From: Thermoplasmata archaeon
GTDB lineage: Archaea; Thermoplasmatota; E2; DHVEG-1
DNA: 64,000 nt
Direction of reading: 5' to 3'
Assembly (NCBI GenBank): GCA_020054495.1
Contig: JAHWGK010000002.1
Location: 16,418 to 80,417, forward strand
In this document: positions 1 to 9,951 of the stretch, piece by piece
Layout of the letters: each line of letters starts with the position of its first letter
Numbering within the stretch: the first letter of the stretch is position 1
The notes under the pieces: generated by a model
Databases searched by the model: none
The model's input: the letters and a program-made list of their open reading frames with translations, nothing else
What the model was told of the DNA's origin: nothing
Translations under genes and position numbers: made by a program

Positions 1-222
1 GAGATTGATGAACAAATTCAGAATTATGTTAAACTCCTTCATTCATCAGGACCAAAAGCAGTAGAAGAAGTAAAAAAACTGGTTGATGCATGCGAGAAAA
101 TGGACGTGGAGAATTACAAAGAGTATACTGTAAAAAAGATAGCAGAGCTAAGAGTTTCAAAAGAAGGGCAGGAAGGGATAAATGCATTTCTTGAAAAAAG
201 AAAAACAAAATGGGGCGGGTAA
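1..222 (+). CDS. enoyl-CoA hydratase/isomerase (crotonase) family, C-terminal fragment; possibly methylglutaconyl-CoA hydratase
   Basis: Frame-1 translation ends ...GINAFLEKRKTKWGG*, the typical crotonase C-terminus (AFxEKRKPxW). Sits directly upstream of the acyl-CoA carboxylase genes. Confidence 0.6.
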   Translation, partial: EIDEQIQNYVKLLHSSGPKAVEEVKKLVDACEKMDVENYKEYTVKKIAELRVSKEGQEGINAFLEKRKTKWGG

Positions 223-225
223 TTT

Positions 226-1731
226 TTGTTTAAAAAAATCCTTGTAGCAAATCGTGGGGAAATTGCAGTAAGAATCATTAAAGCTTGCCAAGAGATCGGC
301 ATCAAAACTGTGGCAATTTACTCAAAGGTAGATAAAGCTGCTCCACATGTTCAACTTGCTGATGAAACAATAAATCTTGGAGATCCAACCCCTGTAGAGA
401 GTTACCTTAATATCCCTAAAATCATAAAGATAGCTCAGGACATAGGTGCCGAGGCGATACATCCCGGGTATGGTTTTCTTGCTGAGAATCCAGATTTTGC
501 TCAATCTTGTAATGATGTGAATGTAAAATTCATTGGACCTTCACCTAAAGTTATAAGCTTGATGGGGGATAAAATCGCTGCAAAAAAGACAATGGAAAAA
601 GCAATGGTACCTGTAATACCCGGTTATCATGGTGTTGAACAGGATAATGCCGCTCTTGTCAAAGAAGGAAAGAAAATTGGTTTTCCACTGTTAGTAAAAG
701 CTGCTGCTGGTGGCGGTGGTAAGGGGATGAGACTTGTTCGTTCTGAGAATCTCTTAGAAGAGTCTATTGAGGGTGCAAAGCGTGAATCCAAGTCAGCTTT
801 TGGTGACGACACTGTTTTTCTTGAGAAATATCTCGATAAACCAAGACATATTGAGTTTCAAATTCTTGCTGATGAACATGGAAATGTAATTCATCTTTTT
901 GAAAGGGAATGTTCCATTCAAAGAAGACATCAGAAAATCATTGAAGAAACACCTTCGCCTGTTATGACCCCGCAGCTCAGAGAAAAAATGGGAAACGCTG
1001 CAGTTGCTGCCGCAAAAGCAGTTGGCTATACAAATGCTGGAACTGTTGAATTTATGGTTGACGGTGACCTTAATTTTTATTTCATGGAGATGAATACGCG
1101 TTTGCAGGTCGAGCATCCAATAACTGAGATGACAACTGGTATTGATCTTGTTAAATGGCAACTCAGAATTGCAAGTGGAATGAAACTATCGCTTAAACAA
1201 AAGGATTTAACACAACGTGGTCATGCTATAGAATGCCGCATCTATGCTGAGGACCCATCTAACGGTTTTTTGCCAAGCATTGGAACCCTTGAAAAAGTAG
1301 AAGCTCCAACTGGACCTAATATTAGAGACGACTCTGGAATTTATTCTGGCATGAAAGTAACACCATATTATGATCCTATGCTTGCAAAACTCATAGCATA
1401 CGCTGAAAATAGAGAAGAGAGCATTAACAAGATGATATGGGCACTTTCACATTATGTAGTTATGGGTGTTACTACTAACATTTCATTTCTTAAAACATTA
1501 CTTAAGCATCAGGAATTTATAAAAGGTAATATTACCACTCATTTTATTGACGATTACTTTAAGGATTGGACAGTTACAAAGAAGGGTTTACCAATTGATG
1601 CAATAATAGCATTAGCTGTTTATGATTCCATACATTCAAAAAAACAGGAGATTGTAAGATATAAAGAAACTGATCCTCATTCACCGTGGAAACATGTTGG
1701 ACGGTGGAGAGTTGGAGGGAAGGGGGTATAG
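226..1731 (+). CDS. accC: biotin carboxylase subunit of acyl-CoA carboxylase
   Basis: 501 aa with ATP-grasp biotin carboxylase hallmarks (MFKKILVANRGEIAVRI, GYGFLAEN, KAAAGGGGKGMR, EMNTRLQVEHP). TTG start; ends with tandem in-frame TAG TAG. Confidence 0.9.
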   Translation: MFKKILVANRGEIAVRIIKACQEIGIKTVAIYSKVDKAAPHVQLADETINLGDPTPVESYLNIPKIIKIAQDIGAEAIHPGYGFLAENPDFAQSCNDVNVKFIGPSPKVISLMGDKIAAKKTMEKAMVPVIPGYHGVEQDNAALVKEGKKIGFPLLVKAAAGGGGKGMRLVRSENLLEESIEGAKRESKSAFGDDTVFLEKYLDKPRHIEFQILADEHGNVIHLFERECSIQRRHQKIIEETPSPVMTPQLREKMGNAAVAAAKAVGYTNAGTVEFMVDGDLNFYFMEMNTRLQVEHPITEMTTGIDLVKWQLRIASGMKLSLKQKDLTQRGHAIECRIYAEDPSNGFLPSIGTLEKVEAPTGPNIRDDSGIYSGMKVTPYYDPMLAKLIAYAENREESINKMIWALSHYVVMGVTTNISFLKTLLKHQEFIKGNITTHFIDDYFKDWTVTKKGLPIDAIIALAVYDSIHSKKQEIVRYKETDPHSPWKHVGRWRVGGKGV

Positions 1732-1734
1732 TAG

Positions 1735-2232
1735 TTGTTTATAAACTATGAGCATGAAAATCATGTATACAATGTTTCAATTGAACGTAGTGAAAATCAA
1801 TTTTTCATAACTTATAATAATACTGAGTATAAGGTGGAAGCAGAAGAAATTAAACTAGGGCAATTAAAGATAAAAATTGGTGATAGACTTATCAAATCAG
1901 TTATTACTGAGGGTGGTAAAGAAAAGTTTGTATTTGTCGATGGGGAGGTCTTTAAAGTCAGGCCTATAGAGCTTACCGGAATGAAAAAAACAAAGAAAAA
2001 AGAAGAAGGGGATCTTTGTTCACCAATATCTGGTAAAGTGGTAAATGTGAAGGTGGAAAATGGTGACTCTGTTAAAAAAGGAGATATTCTCATGATAATA
2101 GAGGCTATGAAAATGGAATATTTAATTCGCGCACCGTTTAATGGTAAAGTTGAAAAAGTGAATTTTAAAGAAAAAGATCAAATTGAAATTGGTCAAAAAA
2201 CTGTAGAATTGGCAAAAAGTAAGGAGGGCTAA
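1735..2232 (+). CDS. accB: biotin carboxyl carrier protein (separate BCCP subunit)
   Basis: 165 aa. C-terminal biotinyl domain with EAMKM motif (IIEAMKMEYLIRAPFNGKV). Same frame as accC after TAG TAG TTG. Confidence 0.8.
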   Translation: MFINYEHENHVYNVSIERSENQFFITYNNTEYKVEAEEIKLGQLKIKIGDRLIKSVITEGGKEKFVFVDGEVFKVRPIELTGMKKTKKKEEGDLCSPISGKVVNVKVENGDSVKKGDILMIIEAMKMEYLIRAPFNGKVEKVNFKEKDQIEIGQKTVELAKSKEG

Positions 2233-2235
2233 ACT

Positions 2236-3843
2236 ATGGATATTATTGAAAGTAATATAGATATATCAAGTAAGGATTATAAGGAGAGCTCTAAACATTA
2301 TGAGCTACTTATTAAAGATTTTAAAGAAAAAATTGCTATTGTACAAAAAGGTGGCGGAGAGGAAAAAATTAAACTCCATAAATCAAGGAACAAGATGCTT
2401 GCTCGTGAAAGGATTGATGCATTACTTGATCCAGATACACCGTTTATGGAATTCAACTCCCTTGCTGCATTTGGAATGTATAATGACAAAGCACCATGTG
2501 CTGGTATTGTAACAGGCATTGGTATTATTCATGGTCGTGAGGTAGTAATTGTTGCAAATGATGCAACTGTTAGTGGTGGAACATATTATCCAATGACTGT
2601 TAAGAAACATTTGCGGGCACAAAAGATTGCTATGAAAAATAATCTCCCATGTATATACCTCGTTGATTCTGGAGGTGCTTTTTTGCCAATGCAGGATGAG
2701 GTATTCCCAGACCGCGAACATTTTGGTAGGATTTTTTACAACCAAGCTGTAATGTCATCTATGGGGATCCCTCAGATATCCGCAGTTATGGGTTCATGTA
2801 CAGCCGGTGGAGCATATGTACCTGCAATGTCAGATGAAACAATAATTGTCAAAGGAACAGGAACTATTTTCTTAGGTGGACCTCCGCTTGTTAAAGCAGC
2901 TACTGGTGAGGAGGTAAGCGCTGAGGAGCTAGGTGGTGCAGATGTCCATTGTAAAGAAAGTGGAGTATCAGATCATTATGCCAATGATGATAAGGAAGCA
3001 ATACATCTGACTAGAAATATTGTTGAAAATCTTAATCGGCCAGATAAAACGCATCTTGATGTCCGCAAACCTGAGGAACCAGCATATAACATTAAGGAAA
3101 TATATGGAATTATACCAAAAGATTCTAGGAGACCATTTGATGTTAAAGAAATAATTGCTAGACTTGTTGATGGCTCAAAGTTCCATGAATTTAAAACACT
3201 ATATGGTAAAACAATTGTCTGTGGTTTTGCCAGGATAATGGGATATCCTGTTGGAATATTGGCAAATGATGGAGTATTGTTTTCCGAGTCAGCTCTAAAA
3301 GTTTCACATTTTATCGAAATGTGTTGCCAGCGGAAAATACCACTAATTTTCCTACAAAACATTACTGGTTTTATGGTTGGAAGAAAATACGAGGCAGGCG
3401 GGATTGCAAAGGATGGTGCGAAGATGGTTAGTGCTGTTGCAACCGCAAATGTTCCTAGATTTACAGTTATTATTGGCGGGTCTTTTGGGGCTGGTAATTA
3501 CGGTATGTGTGGTCGAGCATATGGACCACGACAACTATGGATGTGGCCAAACGCTCGTATCTCTGTTATGGGTGGTGAGCAAGCAGCTAATGTTCTTTTG
3601 ACTGTTAAGAAAGATCAACTTTGGAGGAAAGGTAAAGAACTGACAAAGGAAGAAGAAAAAGCTATAACTGAGCCAATACTAAAAAAATATGAAACAGAGG
3701 GAAGCCCATATTATAGCACAGCAAGAATATGGGACGATGGAATCATTGATCCTGTGGATACCAGAATGGTACTTGGACTTGGAATATCTGCATCACTAAA
3801 CGCACCTATACCAGATTGGAAACCAGGCATTTTCCGGATGTAA
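2236..3843 (+). CDS. acyl-CoA carboxylase carboxyltransferase (beta) subunit; propionyl-/methylcrotonyl-CoA carboxylase beta type
   Basis: 535 aa. N-terminal [19 protein letters not shown]; carboxyltransferase N and C domains ([27 protein letters not shown]). Confidence 0.9.
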   Translation: MDIIESNIDISSKDYKESSKHYELLIKDFKEKIAIVQKGGGEEKIKLHKSRNKMLARERIDALLDPDTPFMEFNSLAAFGMYNDKAPCAGIVTGIGIIHGREVVIVANDATVSGGTYYPMTVKKHLRAQKIAMKNNLPCIYLVDSGGAFLPMQDEVFPDREHFGRIFYNQAVMSSMGIPQISAVMGSCTAGGAYVPAMSDETIIVKGTGTIFLGGPPLVKAATGEEVSAEELGGADVHCKESGVSDHYANDDKEAIHLTRNIVENLNRPDKTHLDVRKPEEPAYNIKEIYGIIPKDSRRPFDVKEIIARLVDGSKFHEFKTLYGKTIVCGFARIMGYPVGILANDGVLFSESALKVSHFIEMCCQRKIPLIFLQNITGFMVGRKYEAGGIAKDGAKMVSAVATANVPRFTVIIGGSFGAGNYGMCGRAYGPRQLWMWPNARISVMGGEQAANVLLTVKKDQLWRKGKELTKEEEKAITEPILKKYETEGSPYYSTARIWDDGIIDPVDTRMVLGLGISASLNAPIPDWKPGIFRM

Positions 3844-3848
3844 AAAAT

Positions 3849-4499
3849 TTATGTAATTAGTCGATCAAGGGCCTTATATCCTCTAATGACATCTTTTTCA
3901 TCAACAATAAAAGTGATTTCGAAATCAATTGAAATAACTTCAATGATGTTGATGTTCTCCCAGGCAAAATTTCGAATAATTTGAAATAATACTCCTGGAA
4001 TATTAACTAATTTTTTACCAATGCTAAAAGATAAGGATACAAGGTTATCTTCTATGCTAAATATTCTTTCGTTTTGTAAAAAATTACATATTTTGTCTTT
4101 ATAACGTTCATTAGTAATAATATTAACCGAGTTTCTCCCATAGATTATGTGAAGAATATCCCCTTTTTCAAATTTGATGACGTCATATATTCGTTTTAGT
4201 TTATCAAACAAACCTGGAGTCTTTTGAACATTAATGTCAATAACATTTGTTTTTACGTTTACCTCTGAAGAACCAGCATCAAACTTAATTTCTTTAAATT
4301 TAACAATCATTTTTTCGGCATATCTTCGAATTGCTGCTACAATTGCATAATGCGCAACTTCCTTTCTTAATTCTTCTTCAATCTCTGATTTAAGTTGTTT
4401 TGCTACAGAACCATATGAAGCGATTCCTTTTCCTATTGCCTCTTGCAGATATATATTCTCGTCAACAAGTTTATTGACAACATGGGCTATTGTAACCAT
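3849..4499 (-). CDS. ACT-domain-containing regulatory protein (paralog of 15991..16641)
   Basis: 216 aa. C-terminal half resembles ACT/aspartokinase regulatory domains (GVLFQIIRNFAWENINIIEVIS...RGYKAL). About 35-40% identical to the 15991..16641 product. Confidence 0.45.
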   Translation of the reverse strand: MVTIAHVVNKLVDENIYLQEAIGKGIASYGSVAKQLKSEIEEELRKEVAHYAIVAAIRRYAEKMIVKFKEIKFDAGSSEVNVKTNVIDINVQKTPGLFDKLKRIYDVIKFEKGDILHIIYGRNSVNIITNERYKDKICNFLQNERIFSIEDNLVSLSFSIGKKLVNIPGVLFQIIRNFAWENINIIEVISIDFEITFIVDEKDVIRGYKALDRLIT

Positions 4500-4721
4500 A
4501 TTTCCATCACAATTTTATTATAAAACATGTATTATATAAATCTAGTAGATTAATTTTGTATCAAAATAATTTTAAAATACAAACTTTTGTAACAGTTAGT
4601 AATTATTATAACTATATTCCTCTAAAAAGTAAAAATCATAACAATTTGAAAAAATTGTCCAGTGAAATAATAGTTTTATAAATAGTTAGATGATATCAGA
4701 TTTGGTGAGAGGGAAGCAGTC

Positions 4722-5018
4722 ATGAAAGATAGAATCTTAAAAGACATTTTAGACTGGTATGACAGACATGAAGATAAAAATACTGTTTTTATTGAAGATT
4801 TCGTTGATAAAGTGATTGATAGAACAGCAGATGCTCTTTTTGATGAAATTAAAGAAGGGTTTAGAGACGAATTTAAGAAAGGAAATTTAAAACACCCATT
4901 TATAATTTCTAGTGATTACTATCTATATCTCAAATTAAAAGATATTAAAAATAAATTTATTAAAACTAAAAAGCTTGAGATATCTGAAGATGAGATCTCT
5001 ACTGAAAAATTTGAATAA
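4722..5018 (+). CDS. hypothetical acidic protein
   Basis: 98 aa ORF, SD-like gagagggaag upstream. No recognisable domain. Confidence 0.35.
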   Translation: MKDRILKDILDWYDRHEDKNTVFIEDFVDKVIDRTADALFDEIKEGFRDEFKKGNLKHPFIISSDYYLYLKLKDIKNKFIKTKKLEISEDEISTEKFE

Positions 5019-5322
5019 TAAATTTCTGCATGACCAACACTTGAGCACCATGCAACTTTCTTGTCACGGCTTTTAACTGATTTGGGAATTTCTTTGCATT
5101 CATCTTAACCATATGCGCTAGGTTCAACCAGCATTCTCGTTTTACTCCTGAAACTTCTAAAAAAATACTTATAAAAAATAATAGAATAGTTGATCTTCAG
5201 TTTGTAGGTACTATTAGGAATGCTGATCCCATTTACAGCCTTATGAAAAAGGGTTCAGATATTAGCGGTATTGAAAATAGACTGCTTGATGATAATTTTG
5301 TGATTGCACCTAATATCTATAA

Positions 5323-5952
5323 TTATAAACCTGCAGCTGCTATTATAAAGGTGAATCCAAAATACATGAGAACTATTCCAAATATAATCATTAGAGGCTT
5401 ATACCATTTTAATCCCATAACATTTGTTCCTTTTTTTGATAAATAAGCAACTCCAGTTAGCCAAACATAATCCATCCATACATGAAATATGAACATAAAT
5501 ACTACACCAAGCAAAGCAGCAAGCTCAAGAGCTATTACTATTAATTGAGCTCCTACTGTCAACCACCACAAAATAAAATAAGGATTCAAACCTGTAAAAG
5601 CCAAACCAATTAGAAATAAATGTCGATAAACCGACTTTGGTTCTTTTAATTCTTCAGGTTTAAAAATAATTGAGTTTTTTATTTGAATAGCCCCAAATAC
5701 AATAAGCACAATTCCTCCTGTAAATCCAATGGCTATCTTTACCATTGGTTCACTTGCAACTGTAAGTAGCCCAAGTGCAAGTAGCATTATGAGTAAGAAT
5801 TCAACAACAGAATGTGCAATCGAGAATACAAGACCGGTTTTCGCACCATACTTGGTTCCATGTGATATTGTTGCGAAAAACAAAGGACCTGGTGCGAGGG
5901 CACCTGAAGCAGTTAATACTACTATGGTTACAATGAAACCAATTATTTCCAT
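5323..5952 (-). CDS. LysE/RhtB family amino-acid exporter
   Basis: 209 aa, six predicted TM helices. LysE-type N-terminus (ALAPGPLFFATISHG). Confidence 0.7.
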   Translation of the reverse strand: MEIIGFIVTIVVLTASGALAPGPLFFATISHGTKYGAKTGLVFSIAHSVVEFLLIMLLALGLLTVASEPMVKIAIGFTGGIVLIVFGAIQIKNSIIFKPEELKEPKSVYRHLFLIGLAFTGLNPYFILWWLTVGAQLIVIALELAALLGVVFMFIFHVWMDYVWLTGVAYLSKKGTNVMGLKWYKPLMIIFGIVLMYFGFTFIIAAAGL

Positions 5953-6036
5953 TGAAAAAGGAAAACAAGGTTTTTTTATAATAAACTTACTTAGTTACAA
6001 ATTTAATAAAGGAAAATAAAAAAAGAGATGGAAAAC

Positions 6037-7728
6037 TTAAAGTGTCTTTAACCCACTGTCTATGAAAAGTCTCCCTATTACAAAACCATAAAATGTTTCT
6101 TCAAAGGCATATTCACCGACAGTTGCTGTTACTTCAATAACAACTGGTCCAAATCTTAGCACTATAGATCTTGGTTCTGTAGATATTTTTTGTGTAATAC
6201 CTGGACCAAGTTCATCAATTGAGCCATTAGCTGAAACGTTTATCCTGTTTAGTAAGCCACCTTTGACAGTTATATTCCAGCCGATACCAGTAAGTTCTTC
6301 TTCGACAATATTTTTGATTTTTGCTTGTATTTCACCAAAGCTGTATTTTGCAATTCCGAATTCAAGATCAGGTTCTACTGTAGGACTATATGGCTCCATT
6401 AATGGATAATTGTCCTTGTTACCTACACTAGGAATATAATACGGAGTGTCAACTATTCCATTACTATCGTTATCCCATGCGCCTTCACTTGGCTCATCAA
6501 AATCATCCCAGTAGTTACCTTCTCCAAATGTAGAATTCCAACTATTATTTTTATAATCATCATATGCTTGCACGGTGTTATTGAAAAAACTGTTGTGATA
6601 TATGGAACTATCAAAGTTAGAGCCTTCTAACGCAATACCATAAGAACAATTTTCAATTGTATTATATTGAATAGAATTATTATTAGATGCACCAAGATAT
6701 ACACCTGAAAAAAAAGCTCTACATTTATTTCCAAAAATATAGTTATTATCACTATAATAAAGGTAAATTCCAATAGAATTAGTTGATAATGAGTTCATTG
6801 TATCGAATTTACTATTTTGAATTGTGTTATTATTTGAAAAATAAAGCATCACTCCATAATATCCAGTAATATCAACGTTAGAAATCAAAAATGAGGAACA
6901 ATTTACTAGAATAATGAGACCTGCATCACTTGGAATATTAATTCCGATTTCATCTCTGTGCATGTAAATTGGTTTATCATTAACAGTGTTACTTGTATCT
7001 ATATCATTATCAACACTATAACGATCCATTTCAATAGTACAGTTAAATAAATCATTTTCTCTGAAAGTGTTGTTGAAGGACTCTGTTGATAAACAAATAC
7101 CTAAGCCATCTCTTATAGTATTTCCATTTATATTATTATGACGTGAATCAAAAAAACTTAGGCCTATTGCGTCTTTGACGCCGAAAATGAGGTTATTCAA
7201 TATTTTATTATTGTGAGATTTTATTAGTGCAATACCTCTTTGATATCCTGTATGAATGATCTTATTTCCTTCAATGATAACGTTTGATGAAATATTAATT
7301 TCATCTTGTGACTCTATTAAAAAAGTATCCTTATTTTCACTATTATTTCTTAATGTAAACCCAGATACATTTACATATTCACCAACTATCCGGATAACAT
7401 TTCCTGAATTATTACCATCTATAATAGTTGTATCTCTATCTTCACCTATTAGATTGATTAAATCTTTTGTTATATTTACATTTTCATAATAAGTTCCATT
7501 ATAGACATAAATGGTATCACCAGACGAAGCATTGTTTATCCCCTCTTGAATAGTTTTTACATGAGTAGCATTATACCAACTAGGATCAGCATCATCGTCA
7601 ACATAAATTGTATTACCACTTAATCCAACTATAGACTTTTCTCCAAATACAGATGTCATTGTTAAACAAGATAACAATAGCATTCCAATTATTCCAATTG
7701 CAAATATTCTCTTTTTCATATTTATCAC
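6037..7728 (-). CDS. secreted right-handed parallel beta-helix (NosD/pectin-lyase-like) repeat protein
   Basis: 563 aa. N-terminal signal/TM (IFAIGIIGMLLLSCLT), then TIYVDDD...TIQEGINNASSGDTIYVYNGTYYENV and many N-rich beta-helix repeats. Confidence 0.65.
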   Translation of the reverse strand: MINMKKRIFAIGIIGMLLLSCLTMTSVFGEKSIVGLSGNTIYVDDDADPSWYNATHVKTIQEGINNASSGDTIYVYNGTYYENVNITKDLINLIGEDRDTTIIDGNNSGNVIRIVGEYVNVSGFTLRNNSENKDTFLIESQDEINISSNVIIEGNKIIHTGYQRGIALIKSHNNKILNNLIFGVKDAIGLSFFDSRHNNINGNTIRDGLGICLSTESFNNTFRENDLFNCTIEMDRYSVDNDIDTSNTVNDKPIYMHRDEIGINIPSDAGLIILVNCSSFLISNVDITGYYGVMLYFSNNNTIQNSKFDTMNSLSTNSIGIYLYYSDNNYIFGNKCRAFFSGVYLGASNNNSIQYNTIENCSYGIALEGSNFDSSIYHNSFFNNTVQAYDDYKNNSWNSTFGEGNYWDDFDEPSEGAWDNDSNGIVDTPYYIPSVGNKDNYPLMEPYSPTVEPDLEFGIAKYSFGEIQAKIKNIVEEELTGIGWNITVKGGLLNRINVSANGSIDELGPGITQKISTEPRSIVLRFGPVVIEVTATVGEYAFEETFYGFVIGRLFIDSGLKTL

Positions 7729-7952
7729 TTCGTAATCTTTTTTTATTAAAATTAGGCTGATTTAATACTATATAAGCTTTTCATTACAACCATTATCTAA
7801 TCTAAAAAAAGATATCAATTTTGACGAATTCTTTTTTTATTTATTATTAATTTCCAAAAACCTTTCAGCCATTTTTTTCCGAATTAGCAAATGTATTTTA
7901 GACTCTTGCAATATATCCCCTCAACAAAGCAATTAAAATACGGAGGGAAAAC

Positions 7953-9029
7953 ATGATTACAAAAACAATTATGTGTCCTAAATGTAAAAACCAAGTAACA
8001 ATTGAGGGTAAACCTGGAGAAAAAAAAAATATCACTTGCGAAAAATGTAATACAAAAGGTGTTTTTACATTTCCAAGTGATAAACCTATTAAAAAAGCAG
8101 ATGTAGGTCCTGCTGCAATTGAAGTTAATGGTCTTACTAAAATTTATAAAGATCTAAAAGCTGTTGATAACCTTTCATTTAATGTTCGAAAGGGAGAAAT
8201 TTTTGGTCTTCTTGGTCCTAACGGCGCAGGGAAGAGTACAACAATTAAAGCAATCTTAAGCCTAATTCGTACAAATTCAGCTAATATAAAAATTAATGGA
8301 CATGACATTAAAACGGATGGTGTTGAAGCAAGAAGATCTGTTGGATATCTTCCTGAAAGGGTTTCATTTTACAATAATCTTAATCCATTACAAACAATGC
8401 ATTTTTATTGTGAACTATGGGGAGTAGATAAATCTATAGCAAAACCTCTTATAAGAGAAGTTGGACTAGAAGATGCAATAAAAAGGAAAGTGGGGAATTT
8501 TTCAAAAGGTATGGTTCAACTATTGGGTGTAGCTCAAGTAATGATTGGTAAACCCCCTGTATATATCCTTGATGAACCTATGGGAGGTTTAGACGCGAGA
8601 TGGGTTAAGACGATTAGAGAAAAAATAAAATATTTAAATGAACAGGGTGCAACAATTCTTTTTTCATCTCATATTCTTAGTGAGGTAGAGAATCTTTGTG
8701 ATAGAGTTGCAATTATTAACAAAGGAAAATTAATCGCTGAAGATACAGTTCCTAACCTTAACAAATATTTGCAAATCAAACCACGTCTTGAAATATCAAT
8801 TTTAGGATTAAATGGTAAAGTCCCAGAAGAAATAAGGAAAATGAAGGGCGTTGAAAGTGTAAATGCAGAGGGCGATATACTATATGTCACATGTGAATCA
8901 TCGATTAGAATCGAAGTTATTGCAAAATTAAAGGATTTAGGATACAATATTAAGGATATCATAACCATAGAACCTTCTCTTGAGGATGCTTTTATTAAAT
9001 TAATAGATAAGGAGGAGGGGGGCAATTAA
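7953..9029 (+). CDS. ABC transporter ATP-binding protein with N-terminal zinc ribbon
   Basis: 358 aa. N-terminal CPKCKN...CEKCNTKG, Walker A GPNGAGKST, signature LSGG-like (FSKGMVQLL), Walker B ILDEP. Confidence 0.85.
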   Translation: MITKTIMCPKCKNQVTIEGKPGEKKNITCEKCNTKGVFTFPSDKPIKKADVGPAAIEVNGLTKIYKDLKAVDNLSFNVRKGEIFGLLGPNGAGKSTTIKAILSLIRTNSANIKINGHDIKTDGVEARRSVGYLPERVSFYNNLNPLQTMHFYCELWGVDKSIAKPLIREVGLEDAIKRKVGNFSKGMVQLLGVAQVMIGKPPVYILDEPMGGLDARWVKTIREKIKYLNEQGATILFSSHILSEVENLCDRVAIINKGKLIAEDTVPNLNKYLQIKPRLEISILGLNGKVPEEIRKMKGVESVNAEGDILYVTCESSIRIEVIAKLKDLGYNIKDIITIEPSLEDAFIKLIDKEEGGN

Positions 9030-9877
9030 TGGCAATTATAAATCCTAAAACAATTTATACTATAGCAAAAAAAGAATTCATGGACAATATTAGAAGTAAA
9101 TGGATAATATTAATATCAATTATTTTTATAATTTTGACAATTGTTTCTGCATATGTTGCAGGGGGAACAAGCGATGAAGTATTTGGAGGTATGGAAGCCA
9201 CTGTTGTTTCACTCATGAGTATTTATACTCTTATCATTCCATTAATTGCTATTTTGCTTGGATTCTCAACAATTGCCGGAGAAGCTGAAACGGGTTCTCT
9301 ATCAGTAGTTCTTTCATATCCTGTAAAGAGAATAGAAGTTCTAATAGGTAAATTCCTTGGACTTGGTTCTGTATTAGCTGTTACTCCAATGATAGGATTT
9401 GGTATAAGTGGTATAGTTATTGCAGCTGTTATTGGTGCAGAAGAAGGTTTAGCATTTCTCGTATTCATAGCACTAGCAATTGTATTAGGTTTAATATATT
9501 TAAGTTTAATAATTTTCATTTCTGCACTTTGTAGAACTCGTGTGAGAGCTATTGCAGGAGGAGTTGCCTTATTTTTTTGGGCTATGATATATGGGATAAT
9601 TATTATGGCTATCTATGTGGGAACTGGGGGAGATTTAACAAAACTAATGACAGGTCAAGCTACCTACCCTGATTGGCTTTTCGGTTCGATTATTTTTAGC
9701 CCAGGTGATTTAAACCAGATGGCTGTAATGAGAGCGTTTGATCTAAATCAAGCAATGGGAATTAATCTTGAAGCCCCAGATTGGATGAGTATGCCTTTTC
9801 TTATTGTTGTTCAGATGTTATGGATAATTATACCATTGTTCTTAGCATACTACTTCTTTAAGAAGAGAGATATATAA
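9029..9877 (+). CDS. ABC-2 type permease
   Basis: 282 aa polytopic membrane protein. ATGA start/stop overlap with the ATPase gene. Confidence 0.7.
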   Translation: MAIINPKTIYTIAKKEFMDNIRSKWIILISIIFIILTIVSAYVAGGTSDEVFGGMEATVVSLMSIYTLIIPLIAILLGFSTIAGEAETGSLSVVLSYPVKRIEVLIGKFLGLGSVLAVTPMIGFGISGIVIAAVIGAEEGLAFLVFIALAIVLGLIYLSLIIFISALCRTRVRAIAGGVALFFWAMIYGIIIMAIYVGTGGDLTKLMTGQATYPDWLFGSIIFSPGDLNQMAVMRAFDLNQAMGINLEAPDWMSMPFLIVVQMLWIIIPLFLAYYFFKKRDI

Positions 9878-9951
9878 ATAGAACCATAGTAAGTAGCTAC
9901 AATAATTCAACCTTTAACTATTTAAATAAAGAAATATTTACAGTTGTTAAT

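Noticed and set aside
322-1161. Antisense ORFs inside accC (322-504, 627-812, 793-1161) and similar antisense ORFs within other long genes
   Set aside because: Fully embedded opposite well-supported conserved genes. Low-complexity translations.
1726-1737. Possible pyrrolysine (TAG) readthrough fusing BC and BCCP
   Set aside because: Two consecutive TAGs followed by TTG start. No Pyl machinery is evident in the window, and separate AccC/AccB subunits are normal in archaea.
5243-5446. 67-aa plus-strand ORF
   Set aside because: Overlaps the 3' part of the LysE exporter gene on the opposite strand. No RBS.
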